Source of the DNA: Trueperaceae bacterium
GTDB taxonomy: Bacteria; Deinococcota; Deinococci; Deinococcales; Trueperaceae
DNA: 64,000 nt
Reading direction: 5' to 3'
NCBI GenBank assembly: GCA_034520945.1
Contig: JAXHNB010000001.1
Location: 192,001 to 256,000, forward strand
The position numbers were made by a program, and so were the translations under genes. Shown one piece after another: positions 1 through 9,051 of the stretch (within the stretch, counting starts at the first letter, position 1; each line of letters begins with the position of its first letter). Below the pieces are notes generated by a model. That model was not told where the DNA came from and made no database searches. It saw only the letters and a list, made by a program, of their open reading frames with translations.

Positions 1-531
1 GTGCTGCTGCTGCCGATGACGGTGCTGACCGTGTTCGCGGGGTTTCTGTTGGGCCCCGTGTGGGGCGCGGTCGGGGCCGTGGCGGGGACGATCCTGTCGG
101 CGCTGTTGGCGTACGCGGTGGCGCGCTGGTTGCGACACGGCACGAGGGGCGCGGGGGACGACCGGGCCGAGGTGGACGCCGCGGTCGGCGGCGTCCGCAA
201 TCGGCCGTGGGCGGTGCGGCTGCGTTCGCACCCGTTCGAGGCGGTGCTGACCGCGCGCGCCGCGGCGGTTCCCGGCGACCTGGTGAACCTGGTGTCGGGG
301 GCGTGGCGGATTCCGGTCGCGCCCTTCGCGTTGGGGACGGTCCTCGGGGGGCTGCCCGGCATTTTGGCCGCGGTGTGGGCGGGCGCCTCGGTCGAGGGGG
401 CGTTCGCGTTCGAGGGGGTGCGCCCCCGGCCGGCGCTGCTGCTCGCGTCGGGCGGGATGCTGGTCACGTCGTTCCTCCTGGCGCGCGTGGTGCGCATCGT
501 GCAGCGGCGTAGGGGCGAAGACGGGCGCTGA
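1..531 (+). CDS. TVP38/TMEM64 (VTT/DedA-like) membrane protein, 5'-truncated by the window edge
   Basis: Hydrophobic ORF with P-x-T-x-L-T-x-x-A-G-x-L-x-G-P-x-x-G, R-x-x-x-x-P-x-D-L-V-N and F-x-L-G-T-x-L-G-x-L-P-G patterns typical of VTT domains. Confidence 0.75.
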   Translation: MLLLPMTVLTVFAGFLLGPVWGAVGAVAGTILSALLAYAVARWLRHGTRGAGDDRAEVDAAVGGVRNRPWAVRLRSHPFEAVLTARAAAVPGDLVNLVSGAWRIPVAPFALGTVLGGLPGILAAVWAGASVEGAFAFEGVRPRPALLLASGGMLVTSFLLARVVRIVQRRRGEDGR

Positions 532-560
532 GCGGGGCGCTGCGCCGCGCGGAGTTCGGC

Positions 561-845
561 TCAAACGGCGCGCGCGAAGGGCCAGATCTCGAAGCGCGCC
601 CAGACCCCCTCGCGGGCGTAGACGTCGCGTTCGAGGATCGTTCGGACCTCCGCCTCGCCCTCGGCCTCCAGGAGCAGCATCGAGCCGCGCATCACGCCCT
701 CCTCGTCGAGGAGGGCGCCGGCGACCTGGAGGCGACCCTCGTCGACGAGGGGCCGGACCCCCTCGAGGTGACGGGGGCGTACGCGCTGGCGGCGCGCCGG
801 CGCCTGGTCGTCGGTGGCGTCGTGGGCAAGGATCAGGTACAGCAT
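561..845 (-). CDS. YciI family protein
   Basis: 94 aa; R-x-x-x-R-P-x-H-L, AG-x-LLD, GSM and D-V-Y-x-x-x-G-V-W motifs; GAGGAG RBS upstream. Confidence 0.85.
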   Translation of the reverse strand: MLYLILAHDATDDQAPARRQRVRPRHLEGVRPLVDEGRLQVAGALLDEEGVMRGSMLLLEAEGEAEVRTILERDVYAREGVWARFEIWPFARAV

Positions 846-978
846 GGCATCTCCTCGGGCGGCGCGGCGGGGCGTGACCGGTCCGCGGTTCCAAGCCTAA
901 TCCGCCGCGCTGCGTCGCGTCGGGACGGGGGCACGGCCTGCGCCGCGTTGGACCGCGAACCGAGTCGGAGCAAAGAAA

Positions 979-999
979 CTTGATACGAGGACGCTCACA
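979..999. promoter_or_regulatory. Possible degenerate HAIR (HspR) operator
   Basis: CTTGATA-N7-GCTCACA versus the consensus CTTGAGT-N7-ACTCAAG (9/14 match), just upstream of the dnaK -35 box. Confidence 0.35.
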
Positions 1000-1003
1000 T
1001 CTG

Positions 1004-1032
1004 TTGACAAGATTCGATCGCATCGCTATACT
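1004..1032 (+). promoter_or_regulatory. Sigma70/SigA promoter of the dnaK operon
   Basis: TTGACA (1004-1009), 17-nt spacer, TATACT (1027-1032). Confidence 0.85.
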
Positions 1033-1139
1033 TGGAGCTAGTGAGTGTCCATCGCCCACGCGCTCAGGGCAGCGCCCGATCCACACCTGCGCGTGGGTGA
1101 CCGTCTCGCGAATTCCGAAACGATCGAGGAGGCCCCATC

Positions 1140-3044
1140 ATGGCCAAACCCGTAGGCATCGACCTGGGAACCACCAACAGCGCCATCGCGGCGATGCAGG
1201 GCGGCGAGCCCGCCATTCTCGTCAACAGCGAAGGCAACCGCACCACGCCCTCCGTGGTGGCGTTCAAGGAGGACCAGCGCCTGGTCGGGCAGGTGGCCAA
1301 GCGCCAGGCGGTCCTGAACTCCAAGAACACCCTGTTCGAGGTCAAGCGCTTCATGGGCCGCACCTGGGAAGAGGTCGAGAACGAGGTCGAGCGCGCCCCC
1401 TACGAGGTCGTCAAGGCCGACGACGGCGGCGTGCGCTTCGTCATCGGCGATGAGAAGTACACCCCCGAGGAGATCTCGGCCATGGTGCTGCGCAAGCTGG
1501 TCGCCGACGCCAGCGAGCAGCTGGGCGAGAAGGTCACGCAGGCCGTGATCACGGTGCCGGCGTACTTCAACAACGCCCAGCGCGAGGCCACCCAGAACGC
1601 CGGCAAGATCGCCGGGCTCGAGGTGCTCCGCATCGTGAACGAGCCGACGGCGGCCGCGCTGGCGTACGGCGTCGAGAAGAAGGGCAGCGAGACCGTGCTG
1701 GTCTTCGACCTGGGTGGCGGCACCTTCGACGTCACCGTGCTCGAGGTGGGCGACGGCGTGTTCGAGGTGCGCAGCACGCACGGCGACACCCACCTGGGCG
1801 GCAGCGACATGGACTACGCCATCGTCGACTGGCTCGCCGAGGACTTCAAGAAGGAGTACGGCGTCGAGCTCAAGAAGGACAAGCAGGCGCTTCAGCGCAT
1901 GCTCGAGGCGGCCGAGAAGGCCAAGGTCGAGCTGTCCAGCCTGCCCGAGACGACCCTCAGCCTGCCGTTCATCGCCATGGACCCCGGCAGCAACGCGCCG
2001 TTGTACCTCGAGAAGAAGCTGACCCGCAGCAAGTTGGAGGAGCTGATCCGGCCGTTGCTGAACCGGATCGAGGGTCCGGTGAAGAGCGCGCTGAAGGACG
2101 CCGGCATCGACAAGTCCAAGATCGACGAGGTGATCCTCGTCGGTGGCGCCACGCGCGTCCCGGCCGTCAAGAAGATCGTGCAGGACCTGCTCGGCAAGGC
2201 GCCGAACCAGTCGGTCAACCCCGACGAGGTGGTCGCGCTCGGCGCGGCGGTGCAGGCCGGCGTGCTCAGCGGCGACGTGGACGACATCGTGCTGCTCGAC
2301 GTGACGCCGCTCAGCCTTGGCGTCGAGACCAAGGGCGGCGTGTTCACCCAGTTGATCGAGCGCAACACCACCGTCCCGGTCCGCAAGACGGAGACGTTCA
2401 CCACCGCCGACGCGAACCAGACCGGCGTCGAGGTGCACGTGTTGCAGGGCGAGCGCTCCTTGGCGGCCGAGAACAAGTCGCTGGGTCGCTTCAAGCTGGA
2501 GGGGATCCCGCCCATGCCGGCCGGCATGCCGCAGATCGAAATCACCTACGACATCGACGCCAACGGCGTGCTGAACGTCAGCGCGCGCGAGAAGTCGAGC
2601 GGCAAGGAGGCGTCGATCACCATCCAGAACACCACCACGCTCTCGGACGACGAGGTGGACCAGATGGTCAAGGACGCCGAGGAGCACGCCGATGAGGACC
2701 GCAAGTTCCGCGAGCTGGCCGAGGCCCGGAACCAGTGCGACTCCATGCGCGCCCAGGCGCAGAAGATCTTGGACGAGACCGAGAACGCGACCGAGGAGCA
2801 GAAGAAGCCGGTCGAAGAGGCGATCGAGGAGGCCCGCAAGGCCGTCGACGACCCCAACGTCGACAAGGCCCGCTTCGATGAGCTGACCCAGAAGGTCGCC
2901 ACCGCGCTTCAGACCTTCCAGCAGGCCACCAGCGAGAGCTCCTCCGGCGACGACGGATCCTCCGGCGGTGACGACGGCGACGCGTCCGGCGGCCAGGGCG
3001 ACGACGACGAGGTCATCGACGCCGACTTCAAGCCGGCGGGCTGA
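1140..3044 (+). CDS. dnaK: Chaperone DnaK (Hsp70)
   Basis: GIDLGTTNS, TVPAYFN, DLGGGTFD and NPDEVVA motifs; acidic tail ending in DADF. Confidence 0.99.
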   Translation: MAKPVGIDLGTTNSAIAAMQGGEPAILVNSEGNRTTPSVVAFKEDQRLVGQVAKRQAVLNSKNTLFEVKRFMGRTWEEVENEVERAPYEVVKADDGGVRFVIGDEKYTPEEISAMVLRKLVADASEQLGEKVTQAVITVPAYFNNAQREATQNAGKIAGLEVLRIVNEPTAAALAYGVEKKGSETVLVFDLGGGTFDVTVLEVGDGVFEVRSTHGDTHLGGSDMDYAIVDWLAEDFKKEYGVELKKDKQALQRMLEAAEKAKVELSSLPETTLSLPFIAMDPGSNAPLYLEKKLTRSKLEELIRPLLNRIEGPVKSALKDAGIDKSKIDEVILVGGATRVPAVKKIVQDLLGKAPNQSVNPDEVVALGAAVQAGVLSGDVDDIVLLDVTPLSLGVETKGGVFTQLIERNTTVPVRKTETFTTADANQTGVEVHVLQGERSLAAENKSLGRFKLEGIPPMPAGMPQIEITYDIDANGVLNVSAREKSSGKEASITIQNTTTLSDDEVDQMVKDAEEHADEDRKFRELAEARNQCDSMRAQAQKILDETENATEEQKKPVEEAIEEARKAVDDPNVDKARFDELTQKVATALQTFQQATSESSSGDDGSSGGDDGDASGGQGDDDEVIDADFKPAG

Positions 3045-3060
3045 TCCGCCCGTTCACACA

Positions 3061-3092
3061 GGCGAGGCGGGCCCGCCCGGGTCCGCCTCGCC
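3061..3092 (+). terminator. Intercistronic GC hairpin between dnaK and grpE (partial terminator or mRNA stabiliser)
   Basis: GGCGAGGCGGGCCCG pairs with CGGGTCCGCCTCGCC, ~14-bp stem with one G-U; no U tail. Confidence 0.5.
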
Positions 3093-3115
3093 CGCCGCAC
3101 CGTGATGGAGACCCC

Positions 3116-3808
3116 ATGAACGAGGAACGCACCCAACCACGACGCCCGCACGACCCCGAGCGGTACGCCGCGGACGAGGGCGAGGGCCGGCAGGGGGCCG
3201 CGGACGCGGCCCACGCCGACCACGAGCCGGAGGTCGGCACGGACGAGGCGCAACGCGACGACGCCACGGACGCCCGCGCGCAGGGAAGGGCCCCGGACGA
3301 GGTCGACAGCGAAGCCGACATCCTGCGAGGCGAGTTGGCCACGCTGCAGGAGCGCCTGGCCGAGGCCGAGCGCGAGGCGCGAGAGGCCAAGGACCGCGCG
3401 TTGCGGGCCCGCGCCGAATTGGACACCGTGCGCCGCCGGGCCGAATCGGAAGAGGCCCGCGCCCGCGAAGGGGGCGTCGACGCCGCCCTCGCGCCGGCGA
3501 TCCAGGCGTTCGACGACCTGCGCCGCGCCCTGGCGGCCGCCGAGTCGGGCGACCCCCAAGGGATCGTGCCCGGTGTGCGCGCGGTGATGGAGGGGCTGGA
3601 GCGCAACCTCGACCAGCTCGACATCCGGCGCATCGGCGAGGTCGGCGAGACCTTCGACCCAGGCGTGCACGAGGCGCTGACCAGCGCCCCCACGCAGGAG
3701 CGGGAGCGCTCCGGCACCATCGCCGACGTGTTCGAGGTCGGCTTCGAGCGCGACGGCCGTCTGATCCGCCCCGCCCGCGTGGTCGTCTACCAGGCCGAGG
3801 AGGCTTGA
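3116..3808 (+). CDS. grpE: Nucleotide exchange factor GrpE
   Basis: Coiled coil, RARAELD, GETFDPGVHEAL and LIRPARVVV; follows dnaK. Confidence 0.96.
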   Translation: MNEERTQPRRPHDPERYAADEGEGRQGAADAAHADHEPEVGTDEAQRDDATDARAQGRAPDEVDSEADILRGELATLQERLAEAEREAREAKDRALRARAELDTVRRRAESEEARAREGGVDAALAPAIQAFDDLRRALAAAESGDPQGIVPGVRAVMEGLERNLDQLDIRRIGEVGETFDPGVHEALTSAPTQERERSGTIADVFEVGFERDGRLIRPARVVVYQAEEA

Positions 3809-3869
3809 GCCGCCCGCGCTCGCGGGCGACCCCGGGCCGCCCCGAACACCCGACAGGAGGGAGGTGAAC

Positions 3870-4865
3870 ATGGCCGCGTTCAAGGACTACTACGAGGTGC
3901 TCGGCGTCGACAAGAACGCCAGCCAGGAGGAGATCCGGCGGGCGTACCGCAAGCTGGCCGCCAAGCACCACCCGGACCGCAACCCCGGTGACGACAGCGC
4001 CGAGGACCGGTTCAAGGAGATCAACGAGGCCTACACCGCCCTCTCCGATCCCGAGAAGCGCAAGGTCTACGACACCTACGGCCGGACCGGTCAGGTGCCC
4101 CCGGAGGGCGCCAGCTACGGCGGCGCCCAAGGCGGGCCCGGCGGCGCGCGCGTATACACCAGTGTCGACCCGGGCGACCTGGGCGGGTTCAGCGAGTTCT
4201 TCCAGACGTTGTTCGGCGGCGGTTCGTTCGGGGGTGGCACGTTCAGCTTCGGCGGCGACATGGCCGGCGAACGCGTGCGCGGCGGACGTGGGCAGGATCC
4301 GTTCAGCGATCTCCGCGGCGCGGGCAGCCAGCGGCGCGCGTCCACGCCCCGAAGCGTGGAGGCCGAACTGCCCCTCGACCTGCGGCGCGCCTTCCAGGGC
4401 GGCGAGGTCGAGATCACCGTGGCCGGCCGCCGCGTCACCGTCACCGTGCCCCCCGGCGTGCGCGACGGCGCCAAGTTGCGCCTGCGGGGCCAGGCCCCCA
4501 GCGGCGGCGATCTGATCCTGGTGGTGCGCCACACGCCGCACCCGCAGCTTCGCGTCGAGGGCGACGACGTACGCGCGGTGGTGCGCGTGCCGGACCATGT
4601 GGCCGCGCTGGGGGGCACCCTGCAGGCCCCGACGCTGGAAGCGCCGGTGGAGGTCACCGTGCCGCCCGGAAGCTCCAGCGGTCGCGTGTTGCGGCTGCGC
4701 GGGCAGGGGTGGCCCCGCAAGGGCGGCGGTCGCGGCGACGAGTTGGTCGAACTCCGCGTCACCGTGCCCGAGGACCCCAGCGAGGCGCAGAAGGCGCTGT
4801 ACCGGCAGCTCCGCGACCTGGCCGCCGAGCCCGAGGCGGAACGGACTGCGGCCGCCGCGACCTGA
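3870..4865 (+). CDS. dnaJ: DnaJ/CbpA-type co-chaperone (class B, no zinc finger)
   Basis: DYYEVLGV, HPD motif, G/F-rich linker, DnaJ_C domain; no CxxCxGxG repeats; ATG 3870 follows a GGAGG RBS. Confidence 0.92.
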   Translation: MAAFKDYYEVLGVDKNASQEEIRRAYRKLAAKHHPDRNPGDDSAEDRFKEINEAYTALSDPEKRKVYDTYGRTGQVPPEGASYGGAQGGPGGARVYTSVDPGDLGGFSEFFQTLFGGGSFGGGTFSFGGDMAGERVRGGRGQDPFSDLRGAGSQRRASTPRSVEAELPLDLRRAFQGGEVEITVAGRRVTVTVPPGVRDGAKLRLRGQAPSGGDLILVVRHTPHPQLRVEGDDVRAVVRVPDHVAALGGTLQAPTLEAPVEVTVPPGSSSGRVLRLRGQGWPRKGGGRGDELVELRVTVPEDPSEAQKALYRQLRDLAAEPEAERTAAAAT

Positions 4866-4899
4866 GCCGGGCATCCCGGCACGATTCCCCTGCGACCTG

Positions 4900-4951
4900 G
4901 ATGAGAGGCCGGAACCTCGTGCACCACGGAGGTTTTGGCCTCGTCCTCATC
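4900..4951 (+). terminator. Long imperfect hairpin after dnaJ
   Basis: AGGCCGGAACCTC (4906-4918) pairs with GAGGTTTTGGCCT (4929-4941) using two G-U pairs, closed by GATGAG/CTCATC. Confidence 0.45.
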
Positions 4952-4995
4952 GGGCGGGGTTGCCGCTCATCTCGGCGACGCGTAGGGTCTTCACC

Positions 4996-6102
4996 ATGAA
5001 GCGATCCTTCACCACATTCACAGCCGTTATGACCCTCCTCGCCGCCCTCTTCGCCGGTGGCGCGTGGGCGCAGGACGACGCCGCTTCCGATGCCGCATCC
5101 GACGAGGCGTCCGGCGACAATCCCGTCGTGCTCCGCGTGGGCGACGAGGAACGCACCCTCGAGCAGTTCGACCGCCGCTTCGAGATCGCCGTCCGCGGTG
5201 TGGCCGCCCGCCAGGGCATGCCCATGAACGAGCAGACGCGCGCCCAGCTGGAGGCGCTGGCGCCGCAGTTCCTGCAGCAGCGCGTCCGCGAGCTGGTGCT
5301 GCTGCAAGAGGCCGAAGCGCGCGACATCAGCCTGAGCGAAGAAGAGGTGGACGAACTCGTCGCCGAAGTGCGCGGCGACAGCGAAGACGCCGAGTTCGAG
5401 CAGGTGCTGCAGCAGAGCGGCATCCAGACCACCGAGACGCTCCGGACCCTCCTGGAAGAGGGCGAGCTGATCGGGCGCGTCCAGCAGAGCATCGCCGACG
5501 ACGTCGAGGTCAGCGACGAAGAGGTGCGCCAGACCTACGAAGAGGACCCCGAAGCGTACGCCACCGAGGCCGAAGCGTGCGCCCGGCACGTCCTGGTCGA
5601 GAGCGAGGAGGACGCCAACACCGTCCTCGACGAGTTGGAGTCCGGCACCTCCTTCGCCGACGTGGCGTCCGAGTGGGGCACCGACGGCACCGCCGAGAAG
5701 GGCGGCGACCTCGGCTGCATTACGCGCGGCCAGACCGTGCCGGCGTTCGAAGAGGCGATCTTCGCCGAAGACGTCACCCTGGGCGAGCCGTTCGGTCCGG
5801 TCGAGACGCAGTTCGGCTTTCACGTCATCCAGGTCGACGAGCGCAACGAAGCCGAGACCCCCCCGCTGGAGGAGGTCCGCAGCGACATCGAGTCCCAGCT
5901 GCAGAACCAAGCGGTGCAGGCGCGCGTGAGCGAGTTGGTCGAGTCCGCCGAGGTCGAGACCTTCCCTGACCGCCTGCCGTACGAGCCGCCGCAGGCGCCG
6001 CAGCCCGCCCCGCAGGCGCCCGCCCCGGAACAGCCGGAGGGTGAGCAGCCGGAGGGTGAGCAGCCGGAAAGTGAGCAGCCGGAGGGCGAAGGCGGGAACT
6101 GA
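4996..6102 (+). CDS. PrsA/SurA-like parvulin peptidyl-prolyl isomerase, exported
   Basis: Signal peptide ending AWA-Q; ARHVLV, KGGDLG, VPAFEEAIF and PVETQFGFHVI rotamase motifs; true start at ATG 4996 (TAGGGT -10 box 7 nt upstream). Confidence 0.9.
   Translation: MKRSFTTFTAVMTLLAALFAGGAWAQDDAASDAASDEASGDNPVVLRVGDEERTLEQFDRRFEIAVRGVAARQGMPMNEQTRAQLEALAPQFLQQRVRELVLLQEAEARDISLSEEEVDELVAEVRGDSEDAEFEQVLQQSGIQTTETLRTLLEEGELIGRVQQSIADDVEVSDEEVRQTYEEDPEAYATEAEACARHVLVESEEDANTVLDELESGTSFADVASEWGTDGTAEKGGDLGCITRGQTVPAFEEAIFAEDVTLGEPFGPVETQFGFHVIQVDERNEAETPPLEEVRSDIESQLQNQAVQARVSELVESAEVETFPDRLPYEPPQAPQPAPQAPAPEQPEGEQPEGEQPESEQPEGEGGN
6028..6087 (+). repeat. 4 x 15-bp coding tandem repeat (EQPEG/EQPES)
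   Basis: GARCAGCCGGARRGY repeated four times at the 3' end of the PPIase gene. Confidence 0.9.
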
Positions 6103-6189
6103 GCCGAGCGGCGGCCCCCGGGCCTGCCCACGGACCCAGATCCTACGCCCGAACCACGTCGCGGGGCCGCGCAAGCGGCCCCGCGACGC

Positions 6190-6828
6190 TCATGGGCTCA
6201 GGCGCCGCACCGTCCAGCCGTCTTCCGACGCCTCGACCGACAGCCGGTCGTGCAGGCGGTCGCGCCGACCCTGCCAGAACTCGAACCGGGTCGGCACCAC
6301 GCGCCAGCCGCCCCAGTCACGCGGCCGGGGGACGTCCGTGCCTTCGGGGTGGAGCGCCTCGAGCTCGGCCAAGCGCTGCTCCAGTACCGCACGGCTTTCG
6401 ATCGGCTCGCTCTGGCGCGACGCCAGGGCACCCAGACGGCTGCGGCGCGGGCGTTGCACGAAGTAGGCGTCCGCCTCGGCGTCGTCGACCGGCGCACATC
6501 GCCCCTCGACGCGCACCTGCCGCTCCAGGCGCTCCCACCAGAAGGTGAGGGCCACGCGGGGTTCGGCGCGGATGTCGCGGCTCTTGGGGCTCTCCAGGTG
6601 GGTGTAGAAGCTCAGCCCGCGGGCGTCGAGGCCCTTGAGGAGCACCATGCGCACGGTCGGGCGCCCGTCCGGGGCGAGTGTGCCGAGCGCCATGGCGTTC
6701 GGCTCGCGCTGGCCGGCCTCGGCCGCCTCCTCGAGCCAGCGTGCCAGCGTGGCGATCGGATCCCTGGCGACGTCCTCGGGCCGGAGCGACCCGCCGCCGT
6801 ACTCGTGGCGCATCTCGGAGACGTTCAT
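6190..6828 (-). CDS. pdxH: Pyridoxamine 5'-phosphate oxidase
   Basis: EPNAMAL, RMVLLK, RQVRVEG and EFWQGRRDRLHDR motifs. Confidence 0.97.
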   Translation of the reverse strand: MNVSEMRHEYGGGSLRPEDVARDPIATLARWLEEAAEAGQREPNAMALGTLAPDGRPTVRMVLLKGLDARGLSFYTHLESPKSRDIRAEPRVALTFWWERLERQVRVEGRCAPVDDAEADAYFVQRPRRSRLGALASRQSEPIESRAVLEQRLAELEALHPEGTDVPRPRDWGGWRVVPTRFEFWQGRRDRLHDRLSVEASEDGWTVRRLSP

Positions 6829-6945
6829 GCCGCCAGCGTACCGCTACCGGGCACGCGCCGGCGCCGGCGCGTGCGGCGCCCAGGGAGCGCCGCGGCCGGC
6901 GCCGCCGCGACGCCCGCGTGCGCCGCGCGCTGCTAGCGTACGCGC

Positions 6946-9051
6946 ATGAACGCCCTTCAGGACGCTGCCAGCCCCTACCTGCGCCAGCACGCCGACGACC
7001 CGGTCGACTGGCACCCGTGGGGCCAGGACGCCTTCGCGGAGGCCCGCCGGCGGGACGTGCCGCTGTTCGTCTCGATCGGGTACGCCAGCTGCCACTGGTG
7101 CCACGTGATGCAGCACGAGTCGTTCCAGGACCCGGACCTCGCCGCACTGCTGAACGACGGCTTCGTACCCGTCAAGGTGGACCGCGAGGAGCGGCCCGAC
7201 GTCGACGCCGTGTACATGTCGGCGCTGCAGGCCATGCGGGGCCAGGGCGGCTGGCCCCTCACCGCCATCACCGACGCTGAGGGGCGTACCTTCTTCGCCG
7301 GCACCTACTACCCGCCCGACGACCGACCTGGCATGCCGTCGCTGCGTCGGGTCCTGGACGCGGTGTCGGACGCATGGCGCCACCGCCGCGACGGCCTGCT
7401 GGAGGAGGCCGCCAAGCTGGACGCGCACCTCCGCCGCGCCATGGAGGCGCCGGCGGGGCCCGCCCTGGACCCCGCCTCGCCCGTGGCGTCGCTGCCCGAC
7501 CCCTCGCGCGAGGCCCTGGCGGCGCTGGCGGCGCGCTACGACCGGGCGCACGGCGGGTTCGGCGGGGCGCCGAAGTTTCCCCCGCACGGCGTGCTGCGGT
7601 GGCTGCTGATGCGGGACGAGCCGGAGGCGCGGGAGATGGCCGTCGGCACCCTGCGCGGGATGGAACGCGGCGGCATCACCGACCCGCTGGCGGGCGGGGT
7701 GGCGCGCTACGCCGTCGACGAGGCGTGGCGCGTGCCGCACTTCGAGAAGATGACCTCCGACAACGCGCAGCTGCTGCCGCGCTTCGCGGAGGCGTACCTG
7801 CGGAGCGGCGACACGGCGCTGTGGCGCGCCGCCCAAGACACCTTCGCCTGGTTGCGGCACGAGATGCGCCTGGAGGACGGTACCTTCGCCACCGCCTTGG
7901 ACGCCGACAGCGAGGGGCGCGAGGGGGCCTTCTACGCCTGGACGGCCCCCGCGTTCGACGAGGTGGTGCGCGCCGCGGCCGAAGAGGCGGGGGCCCCAGC
8001 CGAGGACGAGGTCGCCTTCGCCCGCGCCGCGTTCGACGTGGCCGAGGTGGGGCCGTTCGAGGGCCTCAACGTGCTGCGCGCCGCCCTCGATCCCGGCGAG
8101 CTGGCCGAGCGATTCGAGCTGCCGCTGCAGGAGGCCGAAGTGCGCCTGGCACGGATCCGCGCCCGCCTGTTCGCGGCCCGCGCCCACAGGCCCAGGCCCG
8201 CACGCGACGACAAGGTGCTGACCGCCGTGCAAGGCATGGTGATCCAGGGCGCCGCGCGCGCCGGGCGCATGCTCGAGGACCCCGAGATGGTGGAGGTGGC
8301 GCGCGAAACCGCCGTGCGCGTGCTGACCCGCATGCTGGCCCCGGATGGGACCCTGTGGCGGCGGGCGTTCGGGGAGCGCGCCGGCATCGCCGCCCGCCTG
8401 GAGGACCATGCCTTCTTGGGGTTGGGGCTTTTGGAGCTGCACCGGGCGGACGGCGACCCGCGCTGGCTGGCCGCCGCGGCCCGGCAGGCCGAGGCGGTCG
8501 AAGCCCGCTTCGCAGGCGAAGACGGCGGCTACCTGGGCGCGCCCGAGGAGGACGACCCCCTGCCGATGCGGCCGCGCAGCCTCCTGGACGCCGCCCAGCC
8601 GGCCGACACCGTCGCCGCCGCCGAGCTGGAATGGCGGGTCGGCCGGCTGCGCGGGGAGCGCGAGCGCGAAGCACGCGCCACCCGCGCCGTGACGCCGCTG
8701 GCCGAGGTGGCGGCCCGCCACCCCGAGGCGGCGGGCAGCGCGCTGACGCTGTTGGCCCTGATGCGCGCCCCCGCACGCGAAGCGGCCGTCACCGGCCCGG
8801 CCGACGCGGGCGGGGCGGCGCTGTGGGCCGAGGTGGCCCGGCGGCCGCTGGACGCCTGGGCCGTGCAGCGCGCCCCGGACGCGGGCGGTGCCGGCGCGGA
8901 GGCCGACCCCACCCTGCGTTGGCCGCTGGTGGAGGACCGCGGCACGGTCGACGGCCGCGCCGCCGGCTGGCTGTGCGAAGGCTACGCCTGCCGCCTGCCG
9001 CTCACCGACCCGGACGCGTGGGCACGCGCCCTGGACGACGCCCGGTCGTGA
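6946..9051 (+). CDS. YyaL/SSP411-family thioredoxin-domain protein with a six-hairpin glycosidase-like domain
   Basis: SPYLRQHA, SIGYASCHWCHVM, KVDREERPDVD, GGWPLT, APKFP, VPHFEKM and DDKVLT motifs. Confidence 0.93.
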   Translation: MNALQDAASPYLRQHADDPVDWHPWGQDAFAEARRRDVPLFVSIGYASCHWCHVMQHESFQDPDLAALLNDGFVPVKVDREERPDVDAVYMSALQAMRGQGGWPLTAITDAEGRTFFAGTYYPPDDRPGMPSLRRVLDAVSDAWRHRRDGLLEEAAKLDAHLRRAMEAPAGPALDPASPVASLPDPSREALAALAARYDRAHGGFGGAPKFPPHGVLRWLLMRDEPEAREMAVGTLRGMERGGITDPLAGGVARYAVDEAWRVPHFEKMTSDNAQLLPRFAEAYLRSGDTALWRAAQDTFAWLRHEMRLEDGTFATALDADSEGREGAFYAWTAPAFDEVVRAAAEEAGAPAEDEVAFARAAFDVAEVGPFEGLNVLRAALDPGELAERFELPLQEAEVRLARIRARLFAARAHRPRPARDDKVLTAVQGMVIQGAARAGRMLEDPEMVEVARETAVRVLTRMLAPDGTLWRRAFGERAGIAARLEDHAFLGLGLLELHRADGDPRWLAAAARQAEAVEARFAGEDGGYLGAPEEDDPLPMRPRSLLDAAQPADTVAAAELEWRVGRLRGEREREARATRAVTPLAEVAARHPEAAGSALTLLALMRAPAREAAVTGPADAGGAALWAEVARRPLDAWAVQRAPDAGGAGAEADPTLRWPLVEDRGTVDGRAAGWLCEGYACRLPLTDPDAWARALDDARS

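Noticed and set aside
846..1139. CIRCE element upstream of dnaK
   Set aside because: No TTAGCACTC-N9-GAGTGCTAA match
1038..2687. Long antisense ORFs opposite dnaK, glnS, ccmF and others
   Set aside because: Expected mirror frames in high-GC3 DNA; no recognisable motifs
6028..6087. 15-bp tandem repeat as a regulatory or mobile element
   Set aside because: It is an in-frame low-complexity coding tail (EQPEG repeats)
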